From: Dudresnaya verticillata
Lineage: Eukaryota
Assembly (NCBI GenBank): GCA_977862235.1
Contig: OZ374561.1
Coordinates: 1,550,001 to 1,614,000 of the forward strand
DNA length: 64,000 nt
Reading direction: 5' to 3'
In this document: positions 45,921-58,762 of the stretch, in pieces
Numbering within the stretch: position 1 is the first letter of the stretch
Layout: every line of letters begins with the position of its first letter
Translations under genes and position numbers: made by a program
The notes under the pieces: generated by a model
Told to the model about the DNA's origin: nothing
The model's database searches: none
Seen by the model: the letters and a program-made list of their open reading frames with translations, nothing else

Positions 45921-48253
45921 ATGTCTTCTTCTTCTTCACCGGCAGGCGGACAACCGCAGTCCTTACAAGGCTCGGCTCCGCCTCCCTCCACGTTGGGCGC
46001 TCCCATAGGCCCACCCCTGCTCCTGGCCTGTATACACCGTTATCGGGGCCAACACCAGCTCCTCCGGTCCCGTTATCGACTGGCCAGTTCATTCCTCCGA
46101 CAGTTGGACGAGCAGGGTCAGCTTCCACGGCAGGTGCCGTCCGTAATGAGGTACCGCCGCGGACAGCCCCACCGGTCTCACCGTGGCGCACGCCACCGGC
46201 GGCCACAGCGCCGCCGATGACTCCGCTGGCCGCTCCTGCCAATCTTCGTCCACCTCCAGTTGATGATGATTCCCAGCCAGAACACGACGTTTGGTTGGGC
46301 CGGCAAGAGTTCTACCAGTATAAGCGACGTACGGCCGAGTGGCAATAAGAGGTGAAGAACCAGTTTGGCGAGATGCAAGTCAAGATGTCCACCACGGCTC
46401 TGATTAGGGAACAGCAGCTTCGCCAGGAGATACACTCCGTCATCCTAGACGGTGCACTTACGGCCATAGCAGAACGTTATGATGAGCGTCTGGAAAAGGT
46501 CGAGAAGGCCGTTTTTTCTTCCGCCGGGAAGGGGAAACTCCCTACTCCTCCTGGCCAGACAAGGTCCGAATCCGCTCGGATAACACCGGCCAATCGACCA
46601 GTCTTGGCACCACAGGTGGGTGAGCCGGTAGCAGCAGTGCAGAAGAAATTGGACAAGTTGCAAGATGAGATTACAGCCTTGTCGCATCCTGACAAGGCTC
46701 GGCCAAATATTCCTGAAGAAGGGGTACCACCGCAAGAGGGCAACACTCAGAACAGTGGTGCCGCCCCCCGGCCTGCTTTGGTTGGACCTTCGGGGCCAGT
46801 TAATGCAGGGGAACCTTCCATGGGATAAACTGGCCAGTTGGATGAAACAGGTCTTCCTGTCGCGATGATGGGGCCGATGGAACCAGGTCGAGAGCCTCTC
46901 AAGACCCTCCAAGAACCCTTCCGGCAGGTGGTGGATTACCGGACCCACCGCCTTTTGGATACCCGGCCAACGATGACTATGGAGGATGCGCGGCGCTTGT
47001 CCCGGATGACTCGCCAAATCCGGAACTTGTTCCCGCAGATGAACCCATTTGATGGCCGACGTCCGATAGAGCTCCTGTCCTTCCTCAAGGAGTTCAAGGA
47101 TGCCTGTGATGGGACAAACGTCCATGAAGGGGCCGCTCTGCGTCTTCTGGCCTTCTTTACGGCCGGTGATGCGAAGAGGTTCTATTCTGGCCGAATGTCC
47201 CGTGGTATAAGGTCAGTACACTCCATCTTTCCGATGAGGGGATTTTCACAAATCAGCTGGCCACACTTAGTCCACGCTCTCATCAAGCGCTACTGCACCG
47301 AAGATGTTCTGGCCGCTGCGTTCGACAAAGTGGCCAGAAGCAAACAGAAAGATACCGAAACAGAAGCGGAATTCGCTGACCGGTTAGGGGACGCGGCGCT
47401 GTCGTGCGCCGATGTCTTCTCGGAGAACACCCTGATCACCCATTATGTGAGGGGTTTACCTTCGACCACTCGTTCGGCCGTAGCTGAGAAACTTATGCAG
47501 ATGCGGCCGGAGGAGATGGACTTCTCGACGGTGCGCCGTATCGCCATCGCCGAGGGGGAGATACACAGAGCCTACTTGGCTTCTGCACGTCCCAAAACAA
47601 GGTCGGCCAGTTCTCGAAGTGCGTTGGTCATCCCTACCCTTGCGGCCGAACCTGCTTGGCAGGCGGAGCCCGAGGATATAGCGGCCAACTATGATGATCC
47701 GTTTGACACCATACCGGTTATGGCCATTACCCCTGGCCAGAATGCTGCTCAGCAAACACCGACGATGACGCCGACCACGCCGTCACCGGCAGGGTCGGTG
47801 TCCGGGGGTAATACCCCGGACCCACTCCGGAAACCTCCGACGTTAACGTCGGATGAGCTGGCCAAAGTCGCTATTATGCTACGCAGTGACAAAACCAGTG
47901 CCCGTTGTTGGGGTTGTCGCGAATGGGGCCATGATTTGTACACTTGCGTGTACTTACCACTGGCTATCAGGAACTTGTTTGCCATACGTAACTTCCGCTT
48001 CCGAGATGAATTCGCTAGATGGCACCCCGAACAGTTTGCTGGCCGAGGTGGTCGAGGTTACCGCCCCGACCAAAGGAATGTATCCTTTGGGGATGGAAGG
48101 GGACGCCCTCCCCCTCAGGGAATACTCCGTCGGCCACAACAATCATCTTCGAACCGTGGGAATCGGCAGTCCACGTTTACGCAAGAACATCCATTGGATG
48201 AGGTGGTGGCCGATGTGGAGTCCGATAATTCTTCGTTGGCATCGGGAAACTAG
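45921..48253 (+). pseudogene. gag: gag of E3 (frameshift and stops in the 5' part)
   Basis: FDGRRPIELLSFL; zinc knuckle CWGCREWGHDLYTC; ends GGGAAACTAG. Confidence 0.88.
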
Positions 48254-51200
48254 CCGGGCCGAGATCTTCGGTCGTGATCCCGTTGCCCGTACACGTCCCA
48301 AAACCGGCTAGTCTCGTTTCAGTTAAGTCGTTTCCTTTTAGTCATCTCCATTTTTCTTCTTTGTTAGACATTGCATGGCGTTTGGCAACGCCAATCCAGG
48401 TTTGGTCAACCCATGATTTGACCTACAACTGCCCATTTTCATCTAACGGTCTGGTGTGGTCACCGCCCTGGAGGTCTGGCCATACTACAACATCATCCAC
48501 CCCCACCACAAACGATGGGGTTTCTTTGCCAACGAGTGGCCGCAAATCATCGAACGACGAACAGAAAGAAGAATCCCAACTGGCCGGTGTTTCATCAAGG
48601 TATGGTCTGCATCCTGGGTGGGGCCAACTATACCCTTTCGGGTTCATTTGGCCTTACAATGACTGCCTTGTTACCCGGGCCAATTGTCTTAGACACGTGC
48701 TCGGGTTGAAACATCATCCGGGTGGATGCGTTGCCTCCCAACTGGAAGGACAACGCACTTGGGTTGACGTCCCCGCCTCTTTTGGGGGACGCCAACCAAC
48801 GGCCGATTCATTTTAGAGGGGCCATTTCCTTAGTCGTGCGCTTAGGCCATCACTCATATCGAGTGCCGTTCCTTATCGCCGACCTTCGCTTCGCCGTACC
48901 CGTCTTGCTGGGTACGGCATTTCTGAACACGCACGTGGATAGCATCCAGTGCCGTGGACAGACCGTGCACTTAGTGCGCGGTGACGTCCTTCCTTTGTTA
49001 CCCGACAGCGCTTCGATGGCTCTGGGGGCAGAGCCAACCGCTGCGAAGGGGCCCCGCCTCCGGGTAATCCCAATCCGGCCAGTACAGAGCGCAAGACACC
49101 GCGACACTACGCGGCCGCTGTACGCTTGACGAAAGGTCTGACCATACGGGCAGGTCAACAGGCCACCGTGTCTGTTCGCAGCGATGGCCGAGGATTATGT
49201 GTGTTGGAGCCCAAACATTCTTTGAGCTTCAGACACCATACGCGGATGGCCAATGGAGTTGCCGAAATTCGGCCGCAGAAACCCCTCCAGGTAATGCTGG
49301 CCAACTGGGGAAGAAAGGATGTCTAACTGCCAAAGGGTACCGTGGTCGGCTATGCTGTCCGCCACCCCATAGCAATCCTGACGCCACACCGACGGAGTTT
49401 GGAGAATATGGCCTGTGTACTTCGGCTTACTCCACTTGTGGATCAGGATAGTAGTCAAGTGTAAGTAGAAGAATCTGGCCAAGAAAGAGGTGAGCCTTCG
49501 GAACCAAAGGTACCCAGACAAGAGGCTCAAGAATGGCGGGATAAGATCAAGCTTAATCATATCCCGGACAAGAAACAACGCGAAAAGATAATGGCCATTC
49601 TAGAGAAACACAGTGCAATGTGGGACGGTTCCCTGGGACAGATCATGGCCACCGAACATCGAATAGATTTGGAAGATGGAACCCGGCCAATAAGAGCGAT
49701 ACCCTACCGACAGGGACCAGCGTTACGCGCAATCGCAGAGGCCGACATTAGGAAGCAGTTGGAGGCCGGGGTTATAGAGCCATCGCACGGAGAATGGGCC
49801 TCGCCAATTGTGATGGTACCGAAAAAGGATGGCACCCTTCGTTTATGCGTCGACTACCGCCGACTCAATGCGAAGACAGTTGGTGACGCGTATCCACTCC
49901 CGCGCATGGACGATTGTATAGACTCCCTTGGGGATGCGGCCGTGTTTTCAACCTTGGACTGCAACTCCGGATATTGGCAAATACCAGTGGCCGAGGAGGA
50001 CAAGGATAAGACGGCCTTCACCTCTCACTTGGGAACATTCAGGTACAATCGAATGCCATTTGGCTTGAAGAACGCACCGGCCACATTTCAGCGTGCGCTT
50101 GACATAGTTCTCTCTGGTGTCCGATGGCAGATCTGCCTCATCTATCTGGACGATGTCATCGTGTTCTCCAAGAATGCGGAAGATCATCTTGGCCACCTAG
50201 ACGAGGTACTAACTTTGTTGAAGGCGGCCGGCATTACGTTGAAGTTGAAGAAGTCTTCCTTCTTTCAGGCCAAAGTCGATTATCTGGGTCACGTAGTGAC
50301 TCCTGGAAAACTGAGTATGGCCATGCAGGGTACCAAGGCAATACAAGAGGCCGACTTTCCAGGATCCCTTACGAACTTCGGTCTTTCTTGGGAGCTTGCA
50401 ATGTCTACCGAAGGTTTGTGGCCAAATACTCCACTATCGCACGGCCACTTACGCGCATGTTGTGCAAGGATGCCGAGCCAGACTTCGAACGGCCAACAGA
50501 GGAACAACGTCATAGCTTCGAGAAACTGAAGGCCGCTCTCGTTTCGCCGCCGATTCTGGCCTTACCAAGATACGGCCGGCCATATGTGATCGAGACTGAT
50601 GCCAGCGCCTACCAGATTGGATGCGTCTTGCTCCAAGAACAAGAGGACGAGACGTACCATCCCGTGGGATATTGGTCTCGTTCTCGGACTTCGGCCGAGA
50701 AGAATTATTCGGCCACGGAGCGCGAGTGTTTGTCTGCGGTGTGGGCCATTACATCATTACGGCCATATGTTGAAGGTACCAAGTTCACGGTCCGTACGGA
50801 CCATGATGCCCTCCGTTGGTTGATGTCGCTCACTGATTCGTCTGGCCGTCTTACAAGATGGAGATTACGTCTGGCCGAGTTCGATTTTGTGATTGAGTAT
50901 AAACCGGGGCGTAAGAACCAAGTTCCCGATTCCCTGTCCCGCTTGGTGGCCCCGCAAGAGAGCGGAGATGCACGGCCAATAGATGATACTGTAACTGTAT
51001 TGGATGGTACCCCCTCTATTCTCACGACCACGCGGGCTCGGAGAAATCGAGAAACTAATATGGCCGGCAGGAGAGAACGAGACGATGGAGTCGACGCTTG
51101 GGAAGAGGAACATTTGATGGCCGATTATACGGACTATGGCCGAGCGGAAGCCTTCAGTCGTGCACAAATGGAAGGGAAGACAGCAGAGGCTCTCCCAACA

Positions 51201-52683
51201 CCAGTTACACAGACTGAAATAATAGAAGGCCAGAAAAGCGATGACTTCTGCCAGACCATTCTCGCCACGCGAGCCGGCCTGGGACGACCCAAGAAACCTC
51301 TCTTCTTCGAAGGGGTCGATGGGGTCCTCTACAGACGTTGTCCAACAGATGGCCAGAAACAAATAGTGCTTCCAGCCTCGTTGCATGGCCGGATTCTTCG
51401 GTTGTGCCATCATGCCGTTCTGGCAGGTCACCCTGGCCAGAATCGAATGTATCAGACTCTTCGACGGACACACTATTGGCCGCACATGGCCGCTGACTGT
51501 CTAGCGACGGTTCGGAACAGTTGGCCATTGCGCCAAAAACCGGATTCGTCGCCTCCGAAATACATCGAAGTTACAGCTGCTCCCGGCCAGTCAACCATTG
51601 GAGACTGTGGCCATGGATCTTCTCGGGCCGCTCCCCAGAACTAAGAAGGGGTTCGAGCACATATTAGTCATTACATGCCGCTTCTCGAAGCTGACTCAGG
51701 TGGTGCCTCTGACGAAGATAACCGCCTATAATGTGGCCACGGCGTTTTGCGTTCACTGGATTTTCAAGTACGGTGCACCAAAGACAGTTCTCACTGACAA
51801 CGGTGGGCAGTTTGCGGCCAAGTTTTTCCAAGCGGTCTGCCGACAATTGTAGGTGGCCAATATCTTCACGACAACATATCATACGCAAACAAATGGCCAG
51901 GTGGAAAGGTACAATCGAACATTGGCCGCAATGTTGAGGAGCTACGTGAATGAACACCAGACTGACTGGGGTGAGTACGCTGCGGCATTGACGTATGCTT
52001 ATAATTGCCATATACATCGCTCTACTGGAACCACGCCGTTTGACTTGGTTCTCAGTCGGCCGCCGAGTCCATTCTCACTTGAAGCTACGTTAAACGGGCC
52101 AAAGCCAACAGGGACTGTGAAAGAAGCGTTCTTACGCCGATTATCAGAGGCCGTGGATAAAGCTTCGGCCAGTTTAACTCGCACACAAGCGCGCTACAAG
52201 AAGGACTTCGACCGCTCGGTGAGAACGGGGAATAAAATGCTGGCCGCTGGAGGGTTTGTCTTCCTAGACAATCCAGAAAAGCAGCCAAAGAAACTAGAGC
52301 ATCATGCCCAGGGGCCATACAAAATTATAAGCAACGATGGCCGTACGTTCTTTATTGACAGAGCTGGCCAACTGGAGCGTGTTAGTTCGGACCGAGTAGT
52401 AGCCGCGCCCAGGCCACAAGGGCAACCGGTGGCTACGGAGACAATGGCTAGCGCCGCGTTGGGAACCCTTCCAGAAGGAGTCGCTGCGTCGGCCGAGGAA
52501 TATGTCATTGACAAACTCACGGACATGCGCGAGGATTCAACTGGCCAGCGGTGGTTTCAGGTCAAGTGGTATGGGTATAATGGCCGAACTTGGGAACCCG
52601 AGGCTCTTCTGCCGGCCACGTTGGTGTCCCGCTTCTTCGCGCGCATGAAGCGCCGAGCTACGCCGGGCCAAAACAGTTCGTGA
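48250..52683 (+). pseudogene. pol: pol of E3 (PR, RT, RH, IN, chromodomain), several disablements
   Basis: LDTCSG, YLDD, DAS..TDH, GHPG, TDNG..QVERYN, YVIDKL..FQVKWYGY..TWEP. Confidence 0.95.
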
Positions 52684-53591
52684 GGTCAACCTCGACATGG
52701 CCAGGGAAGTAAAGCGAGAGGAGTCAGAGTCTGGCCAAAAACTTGCGAAGCCGGAGGTGCGGGGTGGTTGTGGACAGAGGAAGGAGGTGCTGGGTGGCAA
52801 AATACCCCGGCTGGAACCTCGCCACCAAAAACACGACGGCGGTGTTTAGGTTTAACCCAGAATAATGTAAGCTGGCCAATCATGTGTGAGAAAGTCGCGG
52901 CCAGCGAATCTCCCGGTGTACGCCGAAATTCAGTGGATGTAAATGGACGGTAGAAACTACCTCATCTTTTGCGGCCTTTTCCAGGTAACTCTAATTCCCA
53001 CATGTCGTGCTCCCGAGCGGGGGTTTGCGCAGAGTGAGAGAACAGGGGAAACAACGCTAGCCCCTACCGACAGCAAGAAGGAAATTGGCCAAGGGAGAAG
53101 ACATGGCCAGATAAAGTGTTTGAAGCCGATGAGACAGAGAACAATAGCTGGCCGTTACTACTACTTCGGCGCCTTGAAGAAGGCAGCCCCACGCCAAGGC
53201 CCCTTCACCACTCGCACTGGCCATTTTTGTGCTTTGACTTGACCACCAACTCCCTTAACCCGTTTTTCCCGCCGTGCTCATGAGCATTGGCCAGAAGCAA
53301 GACCTACTACCCGGACTCACAGAGGCCATACGGCCCCATTTGGCTAATAACTGGCCATGATAACACACAACATTTTTTTGAAGGTAACCAGTGCACTTTA
53401 ACTCCAGACTGGCCGGACAGACTTAACCCCCAAAAACAAGGGGGCTGTCCCGCCTTAGAAGCACTAACTTGGCCACCAACTTTTGATAACGCAAACACAA
53501 GACACAGAAAAACACAAGACTAACAACAACTCATTGGCCAGCATAAGAGCACAAGACGAGCTGGTCAACTACTAAGACAACACCTTAACAA

Positions 53592-56500
53592 CTAACGGCC
53601 ATAAGGACTTGGCGAGCGAGGAGAACCCGAAGCATAGGGCTCTCTGCTCCTTGACTGCGAAGGCGCACGAGGCGCTGTCGCGGGAACACGAGGGGCCGTC
53701 GCAGGAACGGTTGGCGGCGTCACAAAAGGCGAAGTGGCCGGCAGAGATAAGCTTCCAGGAACCTGGCCGGGCTGAGCAACATTGGCCACAGGAGTCGGCG
53801 GAGCCGACACAATCGGACGAGCTGGCTCTGGTTGATAATCGGCCGGTCGAGATAGTGCACGTGGATGACTGCTGATGTCCCCAGCGTGAGATGGCGTGGG
53901 GGTTGTGGCCGGTGCCACTGAGACCCCAGGATATTGCGGCATACCCGGCGCAGGCGTAAGCAAGGAAGACAGAGGAAACTGAGGCATCTGGCCAAAGACG
54001 GAGGGCGCATAAGCTGCGCGCAAACTGGCCAGCTGATGAAACCCACGATTGCGCTCCATGTCGAGTAAGGCCTGTTGATTATGCGTCTCGTCGCACCAGC
54101 GATCGCGCTGCCTCTTCCACTCAAGACCCTGCTCGTTAGATCTGGCCAGCGTCTCCTTTGTGGCCTGCAACTCGGCCTCGACTTGGTCTTTATGCCTTCT
54201 AACATTGGCCAGCCGCTCTTTGCCCCGCCTGATCACTTCTTCCATTTCATCAACATGACGACGAACGCGGTTGAGTTCATCGGTTTGGCCACGCTTTGTA
54301 TCGCTGAGACGGCCGAGGCTCTGGTCCAGTTGCCGCAAGACGTTGGCCAAAGACATTTGGTTAACATGGCCACGCACAGAAAGTTCGGCCACCACATGCG
54401 GATGAGGATGCAAGATGCTGCCCGCACGATGGAAGCGTCGTTGGCCACTTCAACTCCAAAGCTACTGCCATGCCGAAAGGTCACTTGTTTGTTCCAGTCG
54501 AAACCGCAATACTTCTCATCATGGCCAGCCCTGTGTTGAAACAAATGGTACCGGTGCCGCACGGTGTCGGCTAACTTCTCATACAGCGACACAACATCTG
54601 GCCAATACACATGATTGAACTGATGCTGATGCTCCTGGCTGACGGGGAGGAACGTAAGATCTTTCACCACTTCACCTCGTCGAGCAATGGCCTGAGGAGA
54701 CATCCACCACATTCTCTTCGACGCCTGTGCTTCGTAGCTGAAGAAGATACTGGCCATTATGTGCAACTCTACGACAGCGGTTTCCTGGAAGCACTCAACC
54801 CAGGTGGGGTCGAGCGCATGGCGACGATACTGGCCAACAAAATAATAAGCCAGCGGGCTAAGCAGACAAGCTTCTCCCTTCGATAGCCACTCCCTCCAGA
54901 GAAAAGCGGGAACGCTAGGGAAGTATTCGACAGAGGGCCAAAAACCTTCTTGGCCACGAGTGCTGCCGTGATAGATATAGCTGCCACCCGTGCGATGCGC
55001 CAACCAATCTCCCGGCGCTATGATGCGACGAAGGTCTGTACTGGCCATTTTCGCGTTTCGCACGGTCGTCTGCTCCCAGCGCTCAAGCATCCACGCGTGA
55101 GGGAAGGCGTAATACCATGTGGAAGTATGAGGGTACACATTAGACTTGCCCTTGAACATCAGCCAAGCCCCGTGGACGAACATCACGTCCTGCGCGCACA
55201 ACAAGAAGGCGCGGTCGCACTCAATCTCCAAAAGGGTCCAGTAGAGATGGCCATTGTCATGCGATTCGCGATATTGATGCCACGCCTCGTTGAGAGGGCA
55301 GTTGCTTTCCCGCACGCGAATCATGTCCAGCTTGTCACTATTGGCCACCAACTCGGCATAAGGAATATCCACTCGAGGACACGTTGGCCAGATGGAAGTC
55401 CCGGGCAATCGCTCATCCAAAACTACTCGGGGCCATCATGATCTTCTAGGCCCGGTGGGAGGTCGGAACGGAAAGGTACAGCAGCACGAGTGTGCGAAAC
55501 TGGTTCACAGTCCGGATGCGTTGGAGCAGAGGGGCCAGCACTTGAAATTGGGACACCCTGGCCAGCCTTAGTGATATCTAAGGTCTCTTCGCGCGGAACA
55601 ACTTCCTTTGCGCGGGGATCTTCACTCTGACCAGATGACTTAGGCGGCGCGCCTGCAGATGGCGTGGAAGAAGACTGGCCAGTTTTAAGTTCGTCGGCAT
55701 CAGGAAGCAAGGCCACGAATCGACGACGATCGCCGTCTGACATAAGATTGGCCGGCGGGATTGGCGTAGAAGCATCGACGTCAATAACTTCGTCGCGAGA
55801 TGTCTGGCCAACTTCCTTAGGCGGCAGCCGCTGCTTCTTCGTGGGGGGACCCTGAACAGCGGGCTTGCCGATGTTTAACTTGGCCAGCTCACGCGCATGA
55901 CTAGCGGCCGTCGGCATGAAAGGTGAAGGCGCTGAGCGCAGTCGTGGCGTCGATTTCTTCGAAGCGCTCGGAGTGGCCGAACGTGACGACTTGCGTGGCA
56001 CAGGAATATTGGCCAAAGCTTCTGCAGCCTTCTGCCCCAACTTGTATCCTTTCTTCTGTTCTGGCCCAACCTTCTCAACTCTTCCAGGTAACTCCTGCTT
56101 GCTGGCCAATACTTCTTCTCGAGCGGGCACAAATACCATGGCCGAATCAGCAACCTCGGGTTGAGCCGCAGCTACTTCTTCGGCTGCTGCCGTGGTAGCT
56201 TGAGTAACCAGAGGACGAGAGATGGCAATAACAGCCTTCTCAACAGCACTGGCCAATGGAGGTGGAGTAGGATTAATGGCCGTTGGAACCGAAGTGCTTG
56301 CGACCGGCACCGACTTCTTCGCCTCGAGGCGCTTCACTTCGGCCTGCACCAACCCTTTCTTGGGGGCTTCTGCTACCTTCTGGCCAATTGTTCTCCCCTC
56401 TTTCGCTGACGGGCCAACAACCGGAGATGCCGTCGGCTTACCCTTTTCAAGTTGGCCTGCTGCCGCCGCTACCTCCTCCGACGAGGATGATGGGACGATG

Positions 56501-57039
56501 GTTACGCTGCGCATCACCTTGGCCTTCTGCGCATCGGAAAGTTTCTTCTTTAGACCGGTCATTTGATTCTCCTCAGCTTCGCGCCTCTTTTAGCTGGCCG
56601 CTATCTCCTGCATTAACTTGTCGGTGCCAATGTCGGGCGTAGCTGGCGACATGGCCGGAGTAGCGGAGGCAGCAACACTCTTCTTCTGGCCAGTCTTGAT
56701 GGACTTCTCCGTTGCGGTAGTGGTTGCAGTAACTGGCGGGTCGGAGGGCTTGCCACTTGGGATCTTGGGCGCTGGGGCGGAAGATGCCCTGGACGCCTTC
56801 ATCGCGCGCGGCCTTGAACTCTGGCCAATCTTCTTCGTGGTCGCTTTCGCTCTGGCCACGGCCACTTCTTCATCGCTCGACGGCGGCGTAGATGATGAAC
56901 TGGAAGAAACGGTCGGCCGTACAGTCTTCTTCTTGGCCGATGCGGTGCGGCGCGGACGCGCTTTCGCAGGGCCACCCGCCATCAAGAGCGACTGGCCAGA
57001 TGCGCACGTGGAGACCGAAGCAAGGGTGAACGCGCACAA
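53592..57039 (-). pseudogene. Antisense accessory gene(s) of E3: low-complexity N-terminus, conserved aromatic domain (54233..55420), coiled coil, Pro-rich tail
   Basis: Four abutting minus-strand ORFs; FPSVPAFLWREW..LSPLAYY..WVECF..YEAQ..RMWWMSP aligns with the E1/E2 ORFs. Confidence 0.72.
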
Positions 57040-57205
57040 GTTGGCAAGAAGTGAGGACGTGCGCGCGATGTTTTGGCAAGTGTTGGTAAGGAGAAGTGTG
57101 CTGTGGCAAGATGGTGATGGCCGGGTGCAGGGAGAGGGGTAGCGCGCGGATCACGCGCGCTGATATTGCCAGATGAAACCCTCCCGGCCAGGAGTCCGCG
57201 CTTGC

Positions 57206-57213
57206 GAAGGGGG
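57206..57213 (+). other. Polypurine tract of E3
   Basis: GAAGGGGG, 3 nt before the 3' LTR. Confidence 0.75.
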
Positions 57214-57216
57214 CTC

Positions 57217-57980
57217 TGTGGTGCAACGGCAAGGGGGCCGCCGAAAGGAAGCAACTCGACGGGCCAACTGTACGATCGGCCCAACCAAACGAAGACACTT
57301 GGCCAATGAAGTCGCGCCGTCGGCGCGCGGACGGCGGTGAGCGCGCGCAAGTATGATACGTGGCCACCGACTGTACACGTGGCTCACACGTGGCCACCTA
57401 CGACACCGAAGCGCACCACGTGTCCTGCTGTACATGTATGATCCGGTTCGCGGCCGGACACAAATGAAAATTGGATTTGGCCGCAAGGTGAATCAAAGGG
57501 AAGACAGTGGAAAAATCAAGGGGAAATCTAACTCATTTGGCCAACCACTAACGAACAAGTACTTGGTTTAGTCTGGTAAGGGTACAACATTCGCCCGACA
57601 CCGGAACACAAGTAGATATTATGGCCGACCGGAGTAACCTCGGCCACTAACTGTAGAATAGCTCTAGATTAGCTCTGATGGCCAATTTTGTGCCTACTTA
57701 GCTGGCCACACACTACGGCTAAGCCGAAAAAGGTACGAAGCCGTCCCACCAGAGGTTGGGAGTAAAGTTAGCAACTGAACCCCCGACTTGGCCATTTTCT
57801 GTCCTCATCACAGATTCTGGCCACGACTTCGTCTGCGCGCTCCCGCTCTACCACGCTTGCTACCGGCGCGCAGGTCCGTTCTACGTTCTGGCCATTTTTA
57901 GGTCAAATCCGACAGGTCTTTGTGGTCTTCTTGGGGTCTCGTTGGGCTGCCGTACGCGGTGGTGCCCTAGAGATACTACA
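57217..57980 (+). repeat. 3' LTR of E3
   Basis: Direct repeat of 44681..45444. Confidence 0.97.
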
Positions 57981-58361
57981 CATCTCATTAGCGTCGTGCT
58001 GTTCCCAGCAATGCCATATGGAGTGGCCAGCAATGCACTGGGCCTTATAGTGCGTCCGCACGTCCGGCGCCTTACAGGCGCATGCCGCGCGCAGTATTAC
58101 CCGCGCATTACAGGCGCAAAACACGTGTACGTGCTTATAGCCCCTGGCGGCTCATTGTACCACACCTTGCCGTCTACGACGTATCTCTCTATTCAGCACG
58201 GTACGCCCTTCCTTTTCCCCCTTTTTGCAGGGCTTATAGCCCTCCTAAGTCTCTAGCACCCTATTACCGAGCCAACTACCACGCGAGTGGGATTGGGCTT
58301 TCTAGACAGCTGTCGTGCTGTCGTGTCGTCTGTTTGTGGCTTGAAAGCCATTCTACTACAG

Positions 58362-58378
58362 TGGTCTCCCGACCTAGA
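58362..58378 (+). other. Primer binding site of E4
   Basis: TGGTCTCCCGACCTAGA after ACTACA. Confidence 0.9.
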
Positions 58379-58762
58379 ACACGTTCTCAGGGTCGGACCC
58401 CTTTTTGTACCTTACCCTCGGCGGGTCGCGTCAAGACACTCAAGACAGGACGGTTAGTCCGTTAAGATTTCAAGAATCGAGCATCGAAGGGTAAAACCCT
58501 AGTCATCAAATTGTCGACGGTTTCTACGCTGTATACCAAGCTCCGGAGTTGCGTTAAATCTTGTGAGCAAGCAATCTACAATTAACGGTTTCAAACCGTC
58601 CCCCGAAGTACGCCTCAACGGCGGAATAACGCACGGGTTGAGCATATTTCAACAGGTTTACCGTGCAACCTGTGAAAACACGTGTAACAATACGGTTCGG
58701 AACCGTCAAGGAGAATGGGAGAATTTCCACGCCATACCAACGGTTGAACCGAAACCAAGAAG

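Larger units (their letters stand above)
44681..57980 (+). mobile_element. Full-length Ty3/Gypsy chromovirus E3 (13.3 kb), TSD CATCT
   Basis: Two 764-bp TG..CA LTRs with about 13 mismatches by eye; CATCT at 44676-44680 and 57981-57985. Confidence 0.97.

Noticed and set aside
53149..53601. CRISPR-like array suggested by the ~62-bp periodicity
   Set aside because: The shared part is only 6 bp, there is no 23-47-bp repeat and no cas gene, and the context is a eukaryotic retrotransposon.
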